Below, in pieces: positions 1-11,489 of a stretch of DNA of 54,231 nt. A program made the position numbers and the translations under genes. Origin of the DNA: Chiloscyllium plagiosum. Taxonomy: Eukaryota. The notes below the pieces were generated by a model. The model was not told the origin of the DNA. It made no database searches and saw only the letters and a list, made by a program, of their open reading frames with translations. The stretch lies in contig NC_057718.1 of the NCBI RefSeq assembly GCF_004010195.1, forward strand, positions 7,272,110 to 7,326,340. The letters run 5' to 3'. Numbering within the stretch: the first letter of the stretch is position 1; the number at the start of each line of letters is the position of its first letter.

Positions 1-54
1 ACACTTTCATCAGTTGGATGTTCAGAAATTGGGGACTACCTGTAATTACACAAA

Positions 55-345
55 CACATAAGAACCAGGAGCAGGAGCAGGCCATTTGGCCCTTGGAGCC
101 TGCTCTACCATTCAGTAAGATCATGGCTGACCTTTTCATGACCTCAGCTCCACTCACCCACCCACTCACCATAATTCTTAATTCCTTTACTGTTCAAAAA
201 TCTTTGCATTAAAATCATTCACCCACTCACCATAATTCTTAATTCCTTTACTGTTCAAAAATCTTTGCCTTAAAATCATTCAAGGCAGTAGCCTCAACTG
301 CTTCACTGGGCAGAAAATTCCACAGATCCACATCCCTTTGGGTGG
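55..345 (-). mobile_element. CR1-type LINE 3' end, containing a 61-bp tandem duplication
   Basis: cataagaa tail and ggccatttggcccttggagcctgctctaccattca 3' UTR motif shared with other CR1 copies in the window. Confidence 0.75.
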
Positions 346-884
346 CTCCTCAATTCATAAGGTGCTCAAAGAAAGGCTTTTATATAAATGTAACTTTTCA
401 AAATGTGCCTGTAATCACGATTTCAACACAGTGTCCAAGGAACTTATTCTTTAATTCTGACAGAGACCAGGTTGAACGTATTGGACAATCACTCACCCCA
501 TCCATAAGTGGTCACCACCTCTGAACCAAACCCGGTGTGTTTCTGGATTATCTGCTCTCTTGGGGAGCTTCAGAGTTGGTCCTGCCCTTAGCTGACAGCC
601 CCTAAAGACACACTCATACACTCACAAACTGGATCATGTTTTGAGAAATAAGTCTCTCCGTCCCATTCTAAAAATAAAACATCTGATTCAGTCTGAGCTG
701 CAGCTCGATTTACTGTGTAAAATAACATGTCAGCAAACCCTCACCAAGAAGGCAGACAACATGGGACCACAGAGTTTGCTTTTTGAACAATAATACTGAA
801 TACAGGCAAGAGATACAGAGCTCCTTTGCTGTCAAATGATAACTTTGTGCCTTCAACCAGCTAGAACCATTATCTTTGTAAAAA

Positions 885-1068
885 CCAAAAGAAATGTGAA
901 TGCTGTAAATCAGAAACAAAAAACAGGTATTGCTGAAAAAGCTCAGCAGGTCTGGCAGCATCTGTGAAGAGAAGTCAGAGTTAATATTTCGATCCGAAAC
1001 GTTAACTTTGATTTCTCTTCACGGATGCTGCTAGACTCGCTGAGCTTTTCCAGCACGCATGTTTTTGT
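885..1068. mobile_element. PLE-derived palindromic mini-element
   Basis: Imperfect inverted arms gctgaaaaagctcagcaggtctggcagcatctgtgaagagaa / ttctcttcacggatgctgctagactcgctgagcttttccagc around tttcgatccgaaacgtt (ribozyme 3' half). Confidence 0.75.
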
Positions 1069-1884
1069 GACCATAGTCTCTAACTTCATTTTTATAAAGT
1101 ACTTCTTACAATACAGTGTGTATGATTCACTCAGGCGGCAATTGGCAGCAGAGGTCTCTCGGTATTGTCTCTTCCTGGGTGGGAGAATAGGAAAGACAAC
1201 ACGTTTGTGCTGGGTTTCCACGCAAAGCCATTGTACAGCTTTGCTCACCTGTCGAGAGAAGGTCTCCATGTATGATGGACTATAAGGGTGAAAACCACAA
1301 ACAGCAGGAAACATGCACAACTCACTTATAGATATCAAGCCTGTCCAGAAAATCTTCCAAACAAAATACCGAGTCATTTGTGATAATGTTCTGACACTTT
1401 TCCTACCCAGAAACTCGATGTCTATGTTAAAGTACAGAATCAGGCCCATTCAGCCCAACTGCTCATGCTTGTTTGTATTACACACTAACCATCTTCCATC
1501 CCACCTTGTCTAATCCCATTGCTTTTTATTTTACTCTATTCCATTTTATGGGATGCAGCGTTGCTGGAAAAATGGACATTAATAATTCGTCGCTAATTGG
1601 CGTTGAACTGAGTGACTTGCTAGGGCCACTTCAGAGAGCAGTTAAGAGGCAAGCACATTGCTGTGAGTCTTTTTTTCATACTCACTTGTGAGATGTGGGA
1701 TTTATTGGTTGTCCCTAGTTGCCCCTTGAGAAGGCAGTGGTGAGCTGTCTTCTTGAACTGCAGAGGTCCATGAGATATAGGTAAACCCACATTGTAACTA
1801 AGGAGGGAATTCCAGGAGTTTGATCCAGGAGCAGTGATAAATTTCCAAGTCAGGATGGTGAGTGGCTTGGAGGGGAAACATAGC

Positions 1885-2465
1885 AAATAGGAGCAGGATT
1901 AGCCATTTGGCCCTTCAAGCCTGCACCACCATTCAATATGATCATGCAATCTCAGTATCCCACTTCCATTTTCTGTCCATACCCCTTGATCCCTTTAGCT
2001 GCAAAGACCATGTCTAGCTCCCTCCTGAATATATCTAACAAACCACTCCCAACAGTTCCTGGTTCCACAGGTTCACCACTCTCTGAGTGAAGAAATTCTT
2101 CCCCATCTCAGTCCTGAATGGTTTACCTCTTACCGAACCAGAGGACACAGCTTAAAAAAACGGGGTAGACCTTTTAGGGCAGAGCTCAGGAGAAACTTCT
2201 TCACCCAGAGAGTGGTGGCTGTGTGGAATGCTCTGCCCCAGAGGGCAGTGGAGGCCCACTCTCTGGATTCATTTAAGAAGGAGTTGGATAGAGCTCTCAA
2301 AGATAGTGGAATCAAGGGTTATGGAGATAAGGCAGGAACAGGATACTGATTAGGAATGATCAGCCATGATTATATTGAATGGCGGTGCAGGCTCGAAGGG
2401 CTGAATGGCCTACTCCTGCACCTATTGTCTATTGTCTATTATTGTCTATTATTCTTAGACTGTGA
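1885..2465. mobile_element. CR1 3' end (minus) interrupted by a younger CR1 3' end (plus, ~2130-2452, (ctattgt)n tail)
   Basis: Inner copy encodes the CR1 C-terminal FFTQRVV.VWN.LP motif and ends ctattgtctattgtctatt. Confidence 0.8.
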
Positions 2466-2612
2466 CTTGCGCGTGGAATCACATGTAGGCCAGGCCAGGT
2501 AAGAATGAAGGATTTCCTTCCCTGAAGGGCATTAATGACCTAGATGGGGGTCTTTACCACCATTACTGAGACAAGCTTCAAATTCCAGATTTACGGATTC
2601 AATTTAAATTTT

Positions 2613-2898
2613 ATAGAATCCCTATACTGTGGAAGCAGGCCATTCAGCCAGCTGAATCCATACCAACCCTCTAAAAAGCATCCCATCCAGATTCACCCCA
2701 TCCCTGTAACCCTGCACATTCCATGGCCAACCCACCTAACCTGTACATCTTTGGCTTGTGGGAGAAAACCGGAGGAAACCCAGGCAGACACAGGGAGAAT
2801 GTACAAATTCCACAATGACAATTACACAAGACTGCAATTGAACCCAGGTGCCTGGTATTGTGAGGCAGCAGGGCTAACCACTGAGCCACCATGCCACG
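2613..2898 (-). mobile_element. HE1-type V-SINE
   Basis: Reverse complement of the tRNA-like head (gtggctcagtggttag...gggttcaatt), the V core and a CR1-like tail. Confidence 0.88.
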
Positions 2899-3638
2899 CT
2901 GATTTGAGCCTGTGTCTCAAAAGCACTAGTTGGGTCTCTGGATGACTAGTCCAGTTCTATTACCATCGTGCAGTCCCTTCTCCTTCAAATACTCAAACAG
3001 CTTCACTTTAAAGACATCTTGTCTCTTCACATCAACTGCATGGAACAGCTGAGAAGTAAATATTTGCAGAGGTATGGGGAAAGAGCAGGGAGGTGAGTGG
3101 GGCTAATTCGATGTCACCTCCGTCTTTATGGTAAAGTTTATGGTTTTGTAGAGTACAGTCAATAGACACAAGAAAGAGAGATTACACAGACATGCTATTG
3201 AAAAAGATCGAAAGGAATTAACCAAGAGCTCAGACTGTCACTCCCTTGCAATCCTTTATTTTCAATAATATACACAAGGTACTGCATAGTCTTTTTTAAG
3301 GCAACAGTAAACCATGTTTTCAAGATATGAGGTGGGGTTGGTAACATGCAGTCAAGTTATTTACTGTAAGTAAGAGTTCAGATTTCCACATGATGACTCC
3401 AGGGATGAGGAAGTTCGGTTACATTGACAGATTCGAAAATTTGAAATTCGGAAAAAGAAGTTTAAGAGGAGATTTGATTGAGGTGTTCTGGGGGGGTCGG
3501 GACAGAGGAGATAGAGAAAAACTGTTCCTGTTGGTGAAAGGACCTGGAGGGCACAGATTGAAAATACAAGAAGGAGAAGCGATGACACAAGGAAAAGCTT
3601 TTTCACGCAGCAGATGGTTAGCAGCTGGAATTTGTGTT

Positions 3639-3677
3639 GCAGACGTTTCGTCCCCTGTCTAGGTGACATCCTCAGTG
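3639..3677 (-). ncRNA. Minimal hammerhead ribozyme motif (inverted copy)
   Basis: Minus strand: ca CUGAGGA u gucaccu-agac-aggggac GAAAC GUC ugc. Confidence 0.7.
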
Positions 3678-3913
3678 TTGTCCCTTTGACTGGGACAACA
3701 CTACTATTATAGGACAAGCCAAACAGAGAACAGCCAGGGAATTCCTAGAGGCATGGCACTCAACTATAGATTCAATCAATAAGCACATCGATCTGGACCC
3801 AATATACCGACCACTGCAGCGGACAGCTGGAACTGACAACCGGAAGCGGCAGATTCAAACCACTACAAATGGCGGAGGAAAGATCACAGAAGCGCTTCAC
3901 AGGAGGCTGCCAA

Positions 3914-3953
3914 GCACTGACGATGTTACCTAGACAGGGGACGAAACGTCTGC
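3914..3953 (+). ncRNA. Minimal type-I hammerhead ribozyme motif (PLE family A)
   Basis: gca CUGACGA u guuaccu-agac-aggggac GAAAC GUC ugc: stem I gca/ugc, full core, loopless palindromic stem III. Confidence 0.8.
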
Positions 3954-4255
3954 AACACAAATTCCCAGCTCGGTGAACAAAACCACAACAACGAGCACCC
4001 AAGCTACAAATCTTCTCACAAACTTTGAACATGCCAGGTTTTGGGGGAAGGTAAGGAAACTGCACAAGGTGCATTGCTCATTTGGAGAGTGGACACCAGC
4101 ACAATGGGCCAAATGGTCTTTTATAACAATGCTGTGACTCAGGAGGCAGGAACTCAAACTAAAACAGTCAATTAATGAAAGGAAAACATTGAGCAGAACT
4201 TGCATTTATCTACACGCTATGCCTTTCCTGATTTCAGGGCATTGCAAAATATTTG

Positions 4256-5925
4256 ATAGAGTCATAGAGAATTACAGCATGGAAACTTCGGTCCAACCCG
4301 TCCATGCCGACCAGATATCCCAACACAATCTAGTCCCACCTGCCAGCACGCGGCCCATATCCCTCCAAACCCTTCCTATTCATATACCCATCCAAATGCC
4401 TCTTAAATGTTGCAATTGTACCAGCCACCACCACTTCCTGTGGCAGCTCATTCCATACACGTACCACTCTCTGCGTGAAAAAGTTGCCCCTTAGGTCTTT
4501 TTTATATCTTTCCCCTCTTACCCTAAACCTATGCCCTCTAGTTCTGGACTCCTCAACCCCAGGGAAAAGACTTTGCCTATTTACCCTATCCATGCCCCTC
4601 ATAATTTTATAAACCTCTATAAGGTCACCCCTCAGCCTCNNNNNNNNNNNNNNNNNNNNNNNNNNNNNNNNNNNNNNNNNNNNNNNNNNNNNNNNNNNNN
4701 NNNNNNNNNNNNNNNNNNNNNNNNNNNNNNNNNNNNNNNNNNNNNNNNNNNNNNNNNNNNNNNNNNNNNNNNNNNNNNNNNNNNNNNNNNNNNNNNNNNN
4801 NNNNNNNNNNNNNNNNNNNNNNNNNNNNNNNNNNNNNNNNNNNNNNNNNNNNNNNNNNNNNNNNNNNNNNNNNNNNNNNNNNNNNNNNNNNNNNNNNNNN
4901 NNNNNNNNNNNNNNNNNNNNNNNNNNNNNNNNNNNNNNNNNNNNNNNNNNNNNNNNNNNNNNNNNNNNNNNNNNNNNNNNNNNNNNNNNNNNNNNNNNNN
5001 NNNNNNNNNNNNNNNNNNNNNNNNNNNNNNNNNNNNNNNNNNNNNNNNNNNNNNNNNNNNNNNNNNNNNNNNNNNNNNNNNNNNNNNNNNNNNNNNNNNN
5101 NNNNNNNNNNNNNNNNNNNNNNNNNNNNNNNNNNNNNNNNNNNNNNNNNNNNNNNNNNNNNNNNNNNNNNNNNNNNNNNNNNNNNNNNNNNNNNNNNNNN
5201 NNTCCTCTTTGTTACTTCCTCAAAAAACTCAATCAAGTTTGTGAGACATGATTTCCCATGCACAAAACCATGTTGACTATCCCTAATCAGTCCTTGCCTT
5301 TCCAAATACATGAACATCCTGTCCCTCAGGATTCCCTCCAACAACTTGCCCATCACCGAGGTCAGGCTCACTGGTCTATAGTTCCTTGGCTTGTCTTTAC
5401 TGCCCTTCTTAAACAGTGACACCACATTATCCAACCTCCAGTCTTCCGGCACCTCACCTGTGACTATCGATGATACAAACATCTCAGCAAGAGGCCCAGC
5501 AATCACTTCCCTAGCTTCCCACAAAGTTCTAGGGTACACCTGATCAGATCCTGAGGATTTATCCACCTTTATGCGTTTCAAGACATCTAACACTTCCTCC
5601 TCTGTAATTTGGACATTTTGCAAGGTGTCACCATCTATTTCCCTAAGTCTATATTTTCCATATCCTTTTCCACAGTAAATACTGATGCAAAATACTCATT
5701 AAGTAACCCCCCCCCCCATTTTCTGTAGCTCCATGCAAAGGCCGCCTTGCTGATCTTTGAGGGGCCCTAGTTACCCTTTTGTCCTTAATGTATTTGTAAA
5801 AACTCTTTGGATTCTCCTTAATTCTATTTGCCAAAGCTATCTCATGTCCCCTTTTTGCCCTCCTGATTTCCCCCTTAAGTATACTCCTACTGTCTTTATA
5901 CTCTTCTAAGATTCACTCGATCTAG
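4256..5925 (-). mobile_element. CR1/HER1 LINE, 5'-truncated (RT domain; spans the N gap)
   Basis: ORF 4625-5623: KSSGSDQVYPR...NYRPVSLTSVMGKLLE...SQHGF..GKSCLTNL; C-terminus FFTQRVVRVWNELP; CR1 short-repeat tail. Confidence 0.95.
4640..5202. other. Assembly gap (563 N) inside a CR1/HER1 copy
   Basis: Run of n; both flanks are CR1 RT sequence in the same orientation. Confidence 0.99.
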
Positions 5926-6114
5926 GTGATTGAATTACTTTTTGAAACAAACAAAAACAGAAATTTCTGGAGAAACTCAGCAGCACTGGCAGTGTCTGTG
6001 GAGAGAGAAACAGAGTTAACGTTTTGAGTGCTATAATTCACACAATTTCTGTTTTTATTTGTTTCAGGTCACCAGTATCCACAATTCCTTGGTTTATTTA
6101 AGTATCTTTTGAAG

Positions 6115-7290
6115 ACAGTACACATTACAATGCATGATGCTTACCTACAGCAACAAGAGCATGAGGACATCCAGGTCTCATTGAACACACCTCTCTTACA
6201 ATTTACAGCCTATCTGGTCATAATCTGCCTTCTTATTTTTGGTACCAAAGTGGATAATCCACATTATATTGCTTCACCATATATTGGCCCATTCACTCAA
6301 CCTATCTGAATCACAGTGCAACCTCTCTGCATCCTCCTCACAGCTCACCCTCCCATCCAGTTTCATGTTGTCTTCAACCTTTGAGCTATTACATTTAGTT
6401 CCCTCATCTAAATCATTAACAAATATTGTAAATAGCTGGGATACTTGTACTGATCCTTGCGGTACCCCACTAGTCACTGCCTTTCACAAAAAGACCCATT
6501 CATTCCCACTCTGGGGGGTGGCCTGGTGGCTCTGTGGTTAGCACTGCTGCCTCACAGTGCCAGAGACCTGGGTTCGATTCCCACCATCGGGCAGCTGTCT
6601 GCGTGGAGTTTGCACATTCTCCCTGTGTCTGCGTGGGTTTGTTCCGGTTTCCTCCCACAATCCAAAGATGTGCACATCAGGTGAATTGGCCATATTAAAT
6701 TGCCTATAGCGTTAGGTACATTAGTCAGCGATAAATATAGGGTAGAAGAGTGGGCTACTCTTCGGAGGGTCGGTGTGGACTTGTTGGGCCGAACGGCCTG
6801 TTTCCATGTTGTAGGGAATCGAATTGAATCTAATCTTTGTTCTCTGTCTGCAAACCAATTTTCCTATCCCTCTCAATACACTTATCCCAATCCCACATGC
6901 TTTAATTTTACACATTAATCTCTTATGTGGGTCTTTGTCAAAAATCCTCTGAAAATCCAACTAAACCACATCCACGACCCACACCCCATGGTAAACACTA
7001 CTGGTTACATTCTTGAAGAATGTGTAGATTTGTCAAGCATGATTTCTCTTTGGCGAATCCATGGTGACAGTGCCTGATTCTATTGCTGTTTTCTAAGTGC
7101 TGTGCTGTAAAATTCAGGATAATGGATTCAAGCACCTTCCCCACTACTAGCATCAGACTCTCTGGTCTATAATTCCCCGTTTACTCTCTCCATCCCTTTC
7201 TAAATAATGCGGTTACATTAGGTATTCTTTCAATTTGTAGGAACTGTTCCAAAGTCTAAAGAACCTTGGAGGATGACCACCAATACTTTC
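6115..7290 (-). mobile_element. Older CR1 RT fragment interrupted by HE1
   Basis: TSGVPQGSV...FTIFVNDLDEG (6274-6477) and MDFQRIFDKDPHKRL (6721-6960). Confidence 0.8.
6516..6835 (+). mobile_element. HE1-type V-SINE
   Basis: ggtggctctgtggttagcactgctgcctcacag...gggttcgattcc head, V core gtggagtttgcacattctccc, tail. Confidence 0.9.
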
Positions 7291-8111
7291 ATTGTTTCTG
7301 GGGCAACCTCCTAAAGTACACAGGTGCAGCAGGTAGTAAGAAGGCAAGCAGTATGTGGACCTGCGTCGTGAGAGGATTTGAGTATAGGAACAGGGATATC
7401 TTGCTGCAGTTTTACAGGGCCATGGTGAGGCCACACCTGGAATATTGTGTGCAGTTTTGGTTCCCGTATCTGAGGAAGGATGTTCTTATTTCAGAGGAAG
7501 TGAGGTGAAGGTTTATCAAACTGATCCTGGGCTCGCAGGTGATGTATGAGGAGGGAGTAGGATTGGATTCACTGGAGTTTACTTAAAAATGACACAACAC
7601 CAGATTATAGTCCAACAGGTTTAATTGGAAGCACTGGCTTTAGGAGCGCTGCTCCTTCATCAGATAGTTGTGGAGCAAGATCATAAGACACAGAGTTTAT
7701 AGCAAAAGATCACAGAGTCATGCAACTGAAATGATATATTGAACAAACCTAGATTGCTATTACGTCTTTCACCTTTTAGAATGAATTGCAGGTTTCGATT
7801 CATTAGTATGTAAATCTCAGAACTACTTTTAAGTAACATTCTCAAGATAACATTTTATTTAAAAAAAGGTGATGTCTCAGCTCAGACAATGTACTATTGG
7901 TGTAAGGTTAGTGTCTGTCTGTATCCCAATCTTGAATCAGACTGGTTCTATTTCCAAAGTAGGAATTTATAAAATATTCATGGATTGACTGCCTGCAGAT
8001 TGTGCGCTTTTGAGCAAAATAGAATGTACCTGCAAATATAATTCTGCAAATACAAATTCACCCCGTGGACTTATATGTGTATGTGTATGCATGAGATAGA
8101 GAGAGAGAGAG

Positions 8112-8324
8112 AGGAGAAAGTGAGGTCTGCAGATGCTGGAGATCAAAGTTGAAACTTTATTGCTGGAACAGCACAGCAGGTCAGGCAGCATCCAGGGAAC
8201 AGGAGATTCGACGTTTCGGGCACAGGCCCTTCTTCCTGAAGAAGGGCCTGTGCCCGAAACGTCGAATCTCCTGTTCCCTGGATGCTGCCTGACCTGCTGT
8301 GCTGTTCCAGCAATAAAGTTTCAA
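8112..8324. mobile_element. Perfect fold-back PLE mini-element (87-bp arms, 2-nt loop, 37-nt one-sided tail) in a (GA)n tract
   Basis: 8149-8235 is the exact reverse complement of 8238-8324; sequence matches the 3' end of the family-B PLE at 36855-38800. Confidence 0.93.
8233..8266 (+). ncRNA. Minimal type-I hammerhead ribozyme motif (PLE family B)
   Basis: uuc CUGAAGA a gggc-cugu-gccc GAAAC GUC gaa: perfect stem I, stem II and core. Confidence 0.85.
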
Positions 8325-9049
8325 GAGAGAGAGAGAGTGAATGTGTGCATGTGTGTGTGCGTTTGAGTATGAGTGCATGTGGGAGAGTGTGTGTTTGCAA
8401 TTGTGCTGTTTGTGTGTGTGTGTGAGATGAGGTATAAGCCTGTGAGAGGGTATGTGTGTAGGTGTGAATGTGGTGGTTGTACGTATATGTGTATGAGAGA
8501 GAGCGCATGTATGTGTGTGTGTGTAAGTAAGAGTGCGTGTATATGTGTGCGAGAGTGTATAGTATAGTGAGGTCACCTGTCGTGTGACATGAACCCAAGG
8601 TCCCAGTTGAGGCCACCCCCATAGGTACTGAATTTGGCTATCAGCCTCTGCTCGGCTACTTTGCGTTGTTGTGTATCCAGAAGCCTGCCTTGGAGGACGG
8701 TTACCCGAAGGTCTGAGGTTGAATGTCCCTGACCACTGTGTGTGTGTGACTTAAAAGAAGTTCTGAGATTTACATATCAATGAACCAAAACTGCTACACA
8801 TACAGTCAACAACCTAGGTTTGTTCAATATGTCATCTTAGTTGCATGACACTGTGATCTTTTGCTATAAACTCTGTATCTTATGGTCCTCCTCCACAACT
8901 ACCTGATGAAGGAGCAGCACTTCAAAAACTAGTGCTTCCAAATAAACCTGTTGGACTATAACCTGGTGTTGTGTGATTTTTAACTTTGTTCACCCCAGTC
9001 CAACACTGGCTCCTCCACATCACTGAAATTTCGAAAAATGAGGGGGATC

Positions 9050-9505
9050 TCATAGAGTCATAGAGTCGCAGAGCTGCACAGTATGGAAACAGACCCCTCA
9101 ATCCAACTTGTCCATGTCGACCAGCTATCCTAACCTAATCTAGTCCCATTTGCTAGCACTTGGCTCATATCCCTCTAAACCTTTCCTATTCATATACCCT
9201 TACAAATGCTTTTTAAATGTTGCAATTGTACCAGCCTCCACCACGTCCTTGGGCAGCTTGTTCCATACACGCAAGTTGTGCCTTAAGTTCCTTTTATATC
9301 TTTCCCCTCTCACTCTAAACCTAAGCCCTCTAGTTCTGGGCTCCCCCACCCTGGGAAAAAGCCTTGTCTATTTATCCTATCCATGCCCCTCATGATTTTA
9401 TAAACCTCTACAAGGTCATCCCTCAGCCTCCAACGCTCCAGGGAAAACAATCCCAGCCTGTTCAGCCTCTCCCAATAGCTCAAACCCTCCAATCCTGGCA
9501 ACATT
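9050..9505 (-). mobile_element. CR1/HER1 3' end
   Basis: MLPGLEGLSYWERLNRLGLFSLE..RLR.DL.EVYKIMRG; catagagt tail repeats. Confidence 0.92.
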
Positions 9506-9864
9506 GTCTCATTCTAATGAAAATGATGACTTTCCAATTCCCATTCACAAGTGGTTGGCAGTGTCATTAAAATGCTTTCTAATAAACCCATTTCCCTACT
9601 CCATTGATCAACTTGTACCAAGTTTCCACTTTTAAATATATCGAGGATATTTTAAAAATATTGTTTCCAAATGATTACACTTTAAAGCACAGACTGACTC
9701 ACGGCAGGTTTTGTTTTTCTCAATGATGTGCAAATCCATCTGAGATCTAGGCCTCAGAAACTTAAGGGTAACATCCACACATTGAAATGGACATAGCTTT
9801 GGGCACAGTTTGTGCCACAATTACCAACCGAACCCAATGGAGAAACTCTATAGTAGAAATGAAT

Positions 9865-10400
9865 AAAATAGATGCAGAAGTAGGCCATTTGGCCCCTCAA
9901 GGCTGCACCACCATTCAATATGATCATAGCTGATCATACAATCCCAGTATCCCATTCCCACTTTCTCTCCATACCCCTTGATCCCTTTAGCCACAAAAAC
10001 CATGTCCAGCTTATTTTTTATTCATTCCTGGGATGCGGGCCTCCTTGGTTAAGTCAGCATTTATTGCCCATCCCTAATTGTCCAGAGGATGGTTAAGAGT
10101 CAACCACATTGCTGTTGGTCTGGAGTCACATGAAGCCAGACCAGGTAAGGATGGCAGTTTCCTTCCTTAAAGGACATTCGTGAATCAGATGGCTGCCTCT
10201 TGAATATTTCTAATAAACTGGCCCCAACAGCTTCCTCTGGGAAAGAATTCCACAGGTTCACAATTCTTTGAGTGAAGAAATTCTTCCTCATGTCAGTCCT
10301 GAATGGCTTACCCTTTATTCTTACACCGTGACCCCCTGTTCTGGACTTCCCCAACATCAGGAACATTCTTCCCATATCCAGCCTGTCCCGTCCCATTATT
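9865..10400 (-). mobile_element. CR1 3' end interrupted by a tRNA-SINE tail (~10012-10195)
   Basis: KNFFTQRIVNLWNSFPEEAV; the inner segment matches the SINE at 18789-19135. Confidence 0.78.
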
Positions 10401-10779
10401 AATATTACCATACCTCAAAAGGACTATCAGATCAGCCATAATTTCATTGAATGAAAAGCAGACTTTGTGGACTGAATGGCCTACTACAGTTCCCATGTTT
10501 CACGGTGTTAAAAACAGTGCCCTGTTTGAACTGTTGCAGTGCGGTTATTCATAGAGACATGAATTGAGTTGCCAGTCTGGGCTGAATGAGTCTTTCCTTA
10601 TTGAACTTTCGCCTGTGAGCTATATTGAGGCAGCTGGGTTCTTGTCAGGTAACATTAAGTATATTTTATGGTGACCTCACTAACTTAAGATCCTTTCCTG
10701 CTCTGCTGTTCCAATGATGCTCAGGATGGAATGTTTCACTTTGACATTTTATACCTTTCCCATTTTGATTCCTTTCTAG

Positions 10780-11070
10780 CACTGGGGGGCATAGTTTAAT
10801 GAGAACCAGACAGTTCAGGGGAGATGGTAGGAAGCACTTCCACACACAAAGGGTGGGAGAGGTTTGGAACTCTCTTCCACAAATGACAGTGGATGCTGGA
10901 TCAGTTGTTAATTTTAAATCTGAGATTGATCAATTATGTTAAACAAAAGTATGAAAAGGATTGGCCAAAGGCTGGTATATGGAGTTAGGCACAGATAATC
11001 CATCATCTCATTGAATGGCGGAACAGGCTCAAGGGGCTGAATGGTCCTCTCCAGTTCCTTTGTTCCCTGC
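10780..11070 (+). mobile_element. CR1 3' end (diverged)
   Basis: ggggcatagttt...gaactctcttccacaa...gaatggcggaacaggctcaaggggctgaatgg. Confidence 0.7.
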
Positions 11071-11489
11071 TCTTTGGTCTTAATCTTGTTTTCCTCTTGC
11101 TTTTAAATTGGAGCTGTCCATTGTTCTGCCGTTCACTCCTCCTCCAGACACATCTTTTGTCCCCCACTTATCCCAGTACTATTCTGTTTGCCCAGCACTA
11201 CAGAGACATCTATCATTTACTCCCTCTTGTCTTCCACTTGATCACTGACCTTCCTTTATTCCATCTTCCCCTGGTTTGAAACGTATTCCGGTTTTCTGAT
11301 GAAAAGCCACTTGTCGTTAAGTGTTGGAAACTGACTGCACCTTTCCATGGCGTGCTTGGTGATGGAGTATTTGATCAGGTGGGAAGGGAACTTGCCACTT
11401 TCCTCACCACCACCCCAGTTAAATCCTGGGTAGGAAGGCTTGTGCATAGCCTTGCTACTCCACCGTTAATTGAAGTCTTTAAATTGGAC

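Larger units (their letters stand above)
3623..4028 (+). mobile_element. Penelope-like element 3' end with a short inverted 5' segment, inserted in a CR1 fragment
   Basis: GIY-YIG C-terminus (WDNTTIIGQAKQRTAREFLEAWHS), near-identical to 48220-48520; 3623-3677 is the inverted copy of ~3915-3970. Confidence 0.88.
7583..9022. mobile_element. Penelope-like element (family C): minus-strand 3' part plus an inverted ~190-bp terminal repeat with tail, inserted in CR1
   Basis: 7583-7775 is the inverted copy of ~8805-8985. Minus-strand EN C-terminus VTVLQGRLLDTQQRKVAEQRLIAKFSTYGGGLN at ~8590-8705. Degenerate hammerheads ctgatgaaggagcagc in both repeats. CR1 resumes after 9022 with cactggagttt/cactgaaattt duplicated. 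Confidence 0.82.

Noticed and set aside
4531..5623. Long ORFs of 237 and 332 aa
   Set aside because: Length comes from the N gap; the real part is CR1 RT.
8143..8622. His/Thr-rich and Cys/Val-rich ORFs
   Set aside because: Translation of (CA)/(TG) low-complexity sequence and the palindrome.
7583..9022. Long terminal inverted repeats suggesting a DNA transposon
   Set aside because: The repeats are PLE 3' ends with hammerhead remnants and a GIY-YIG tail; no transposase.
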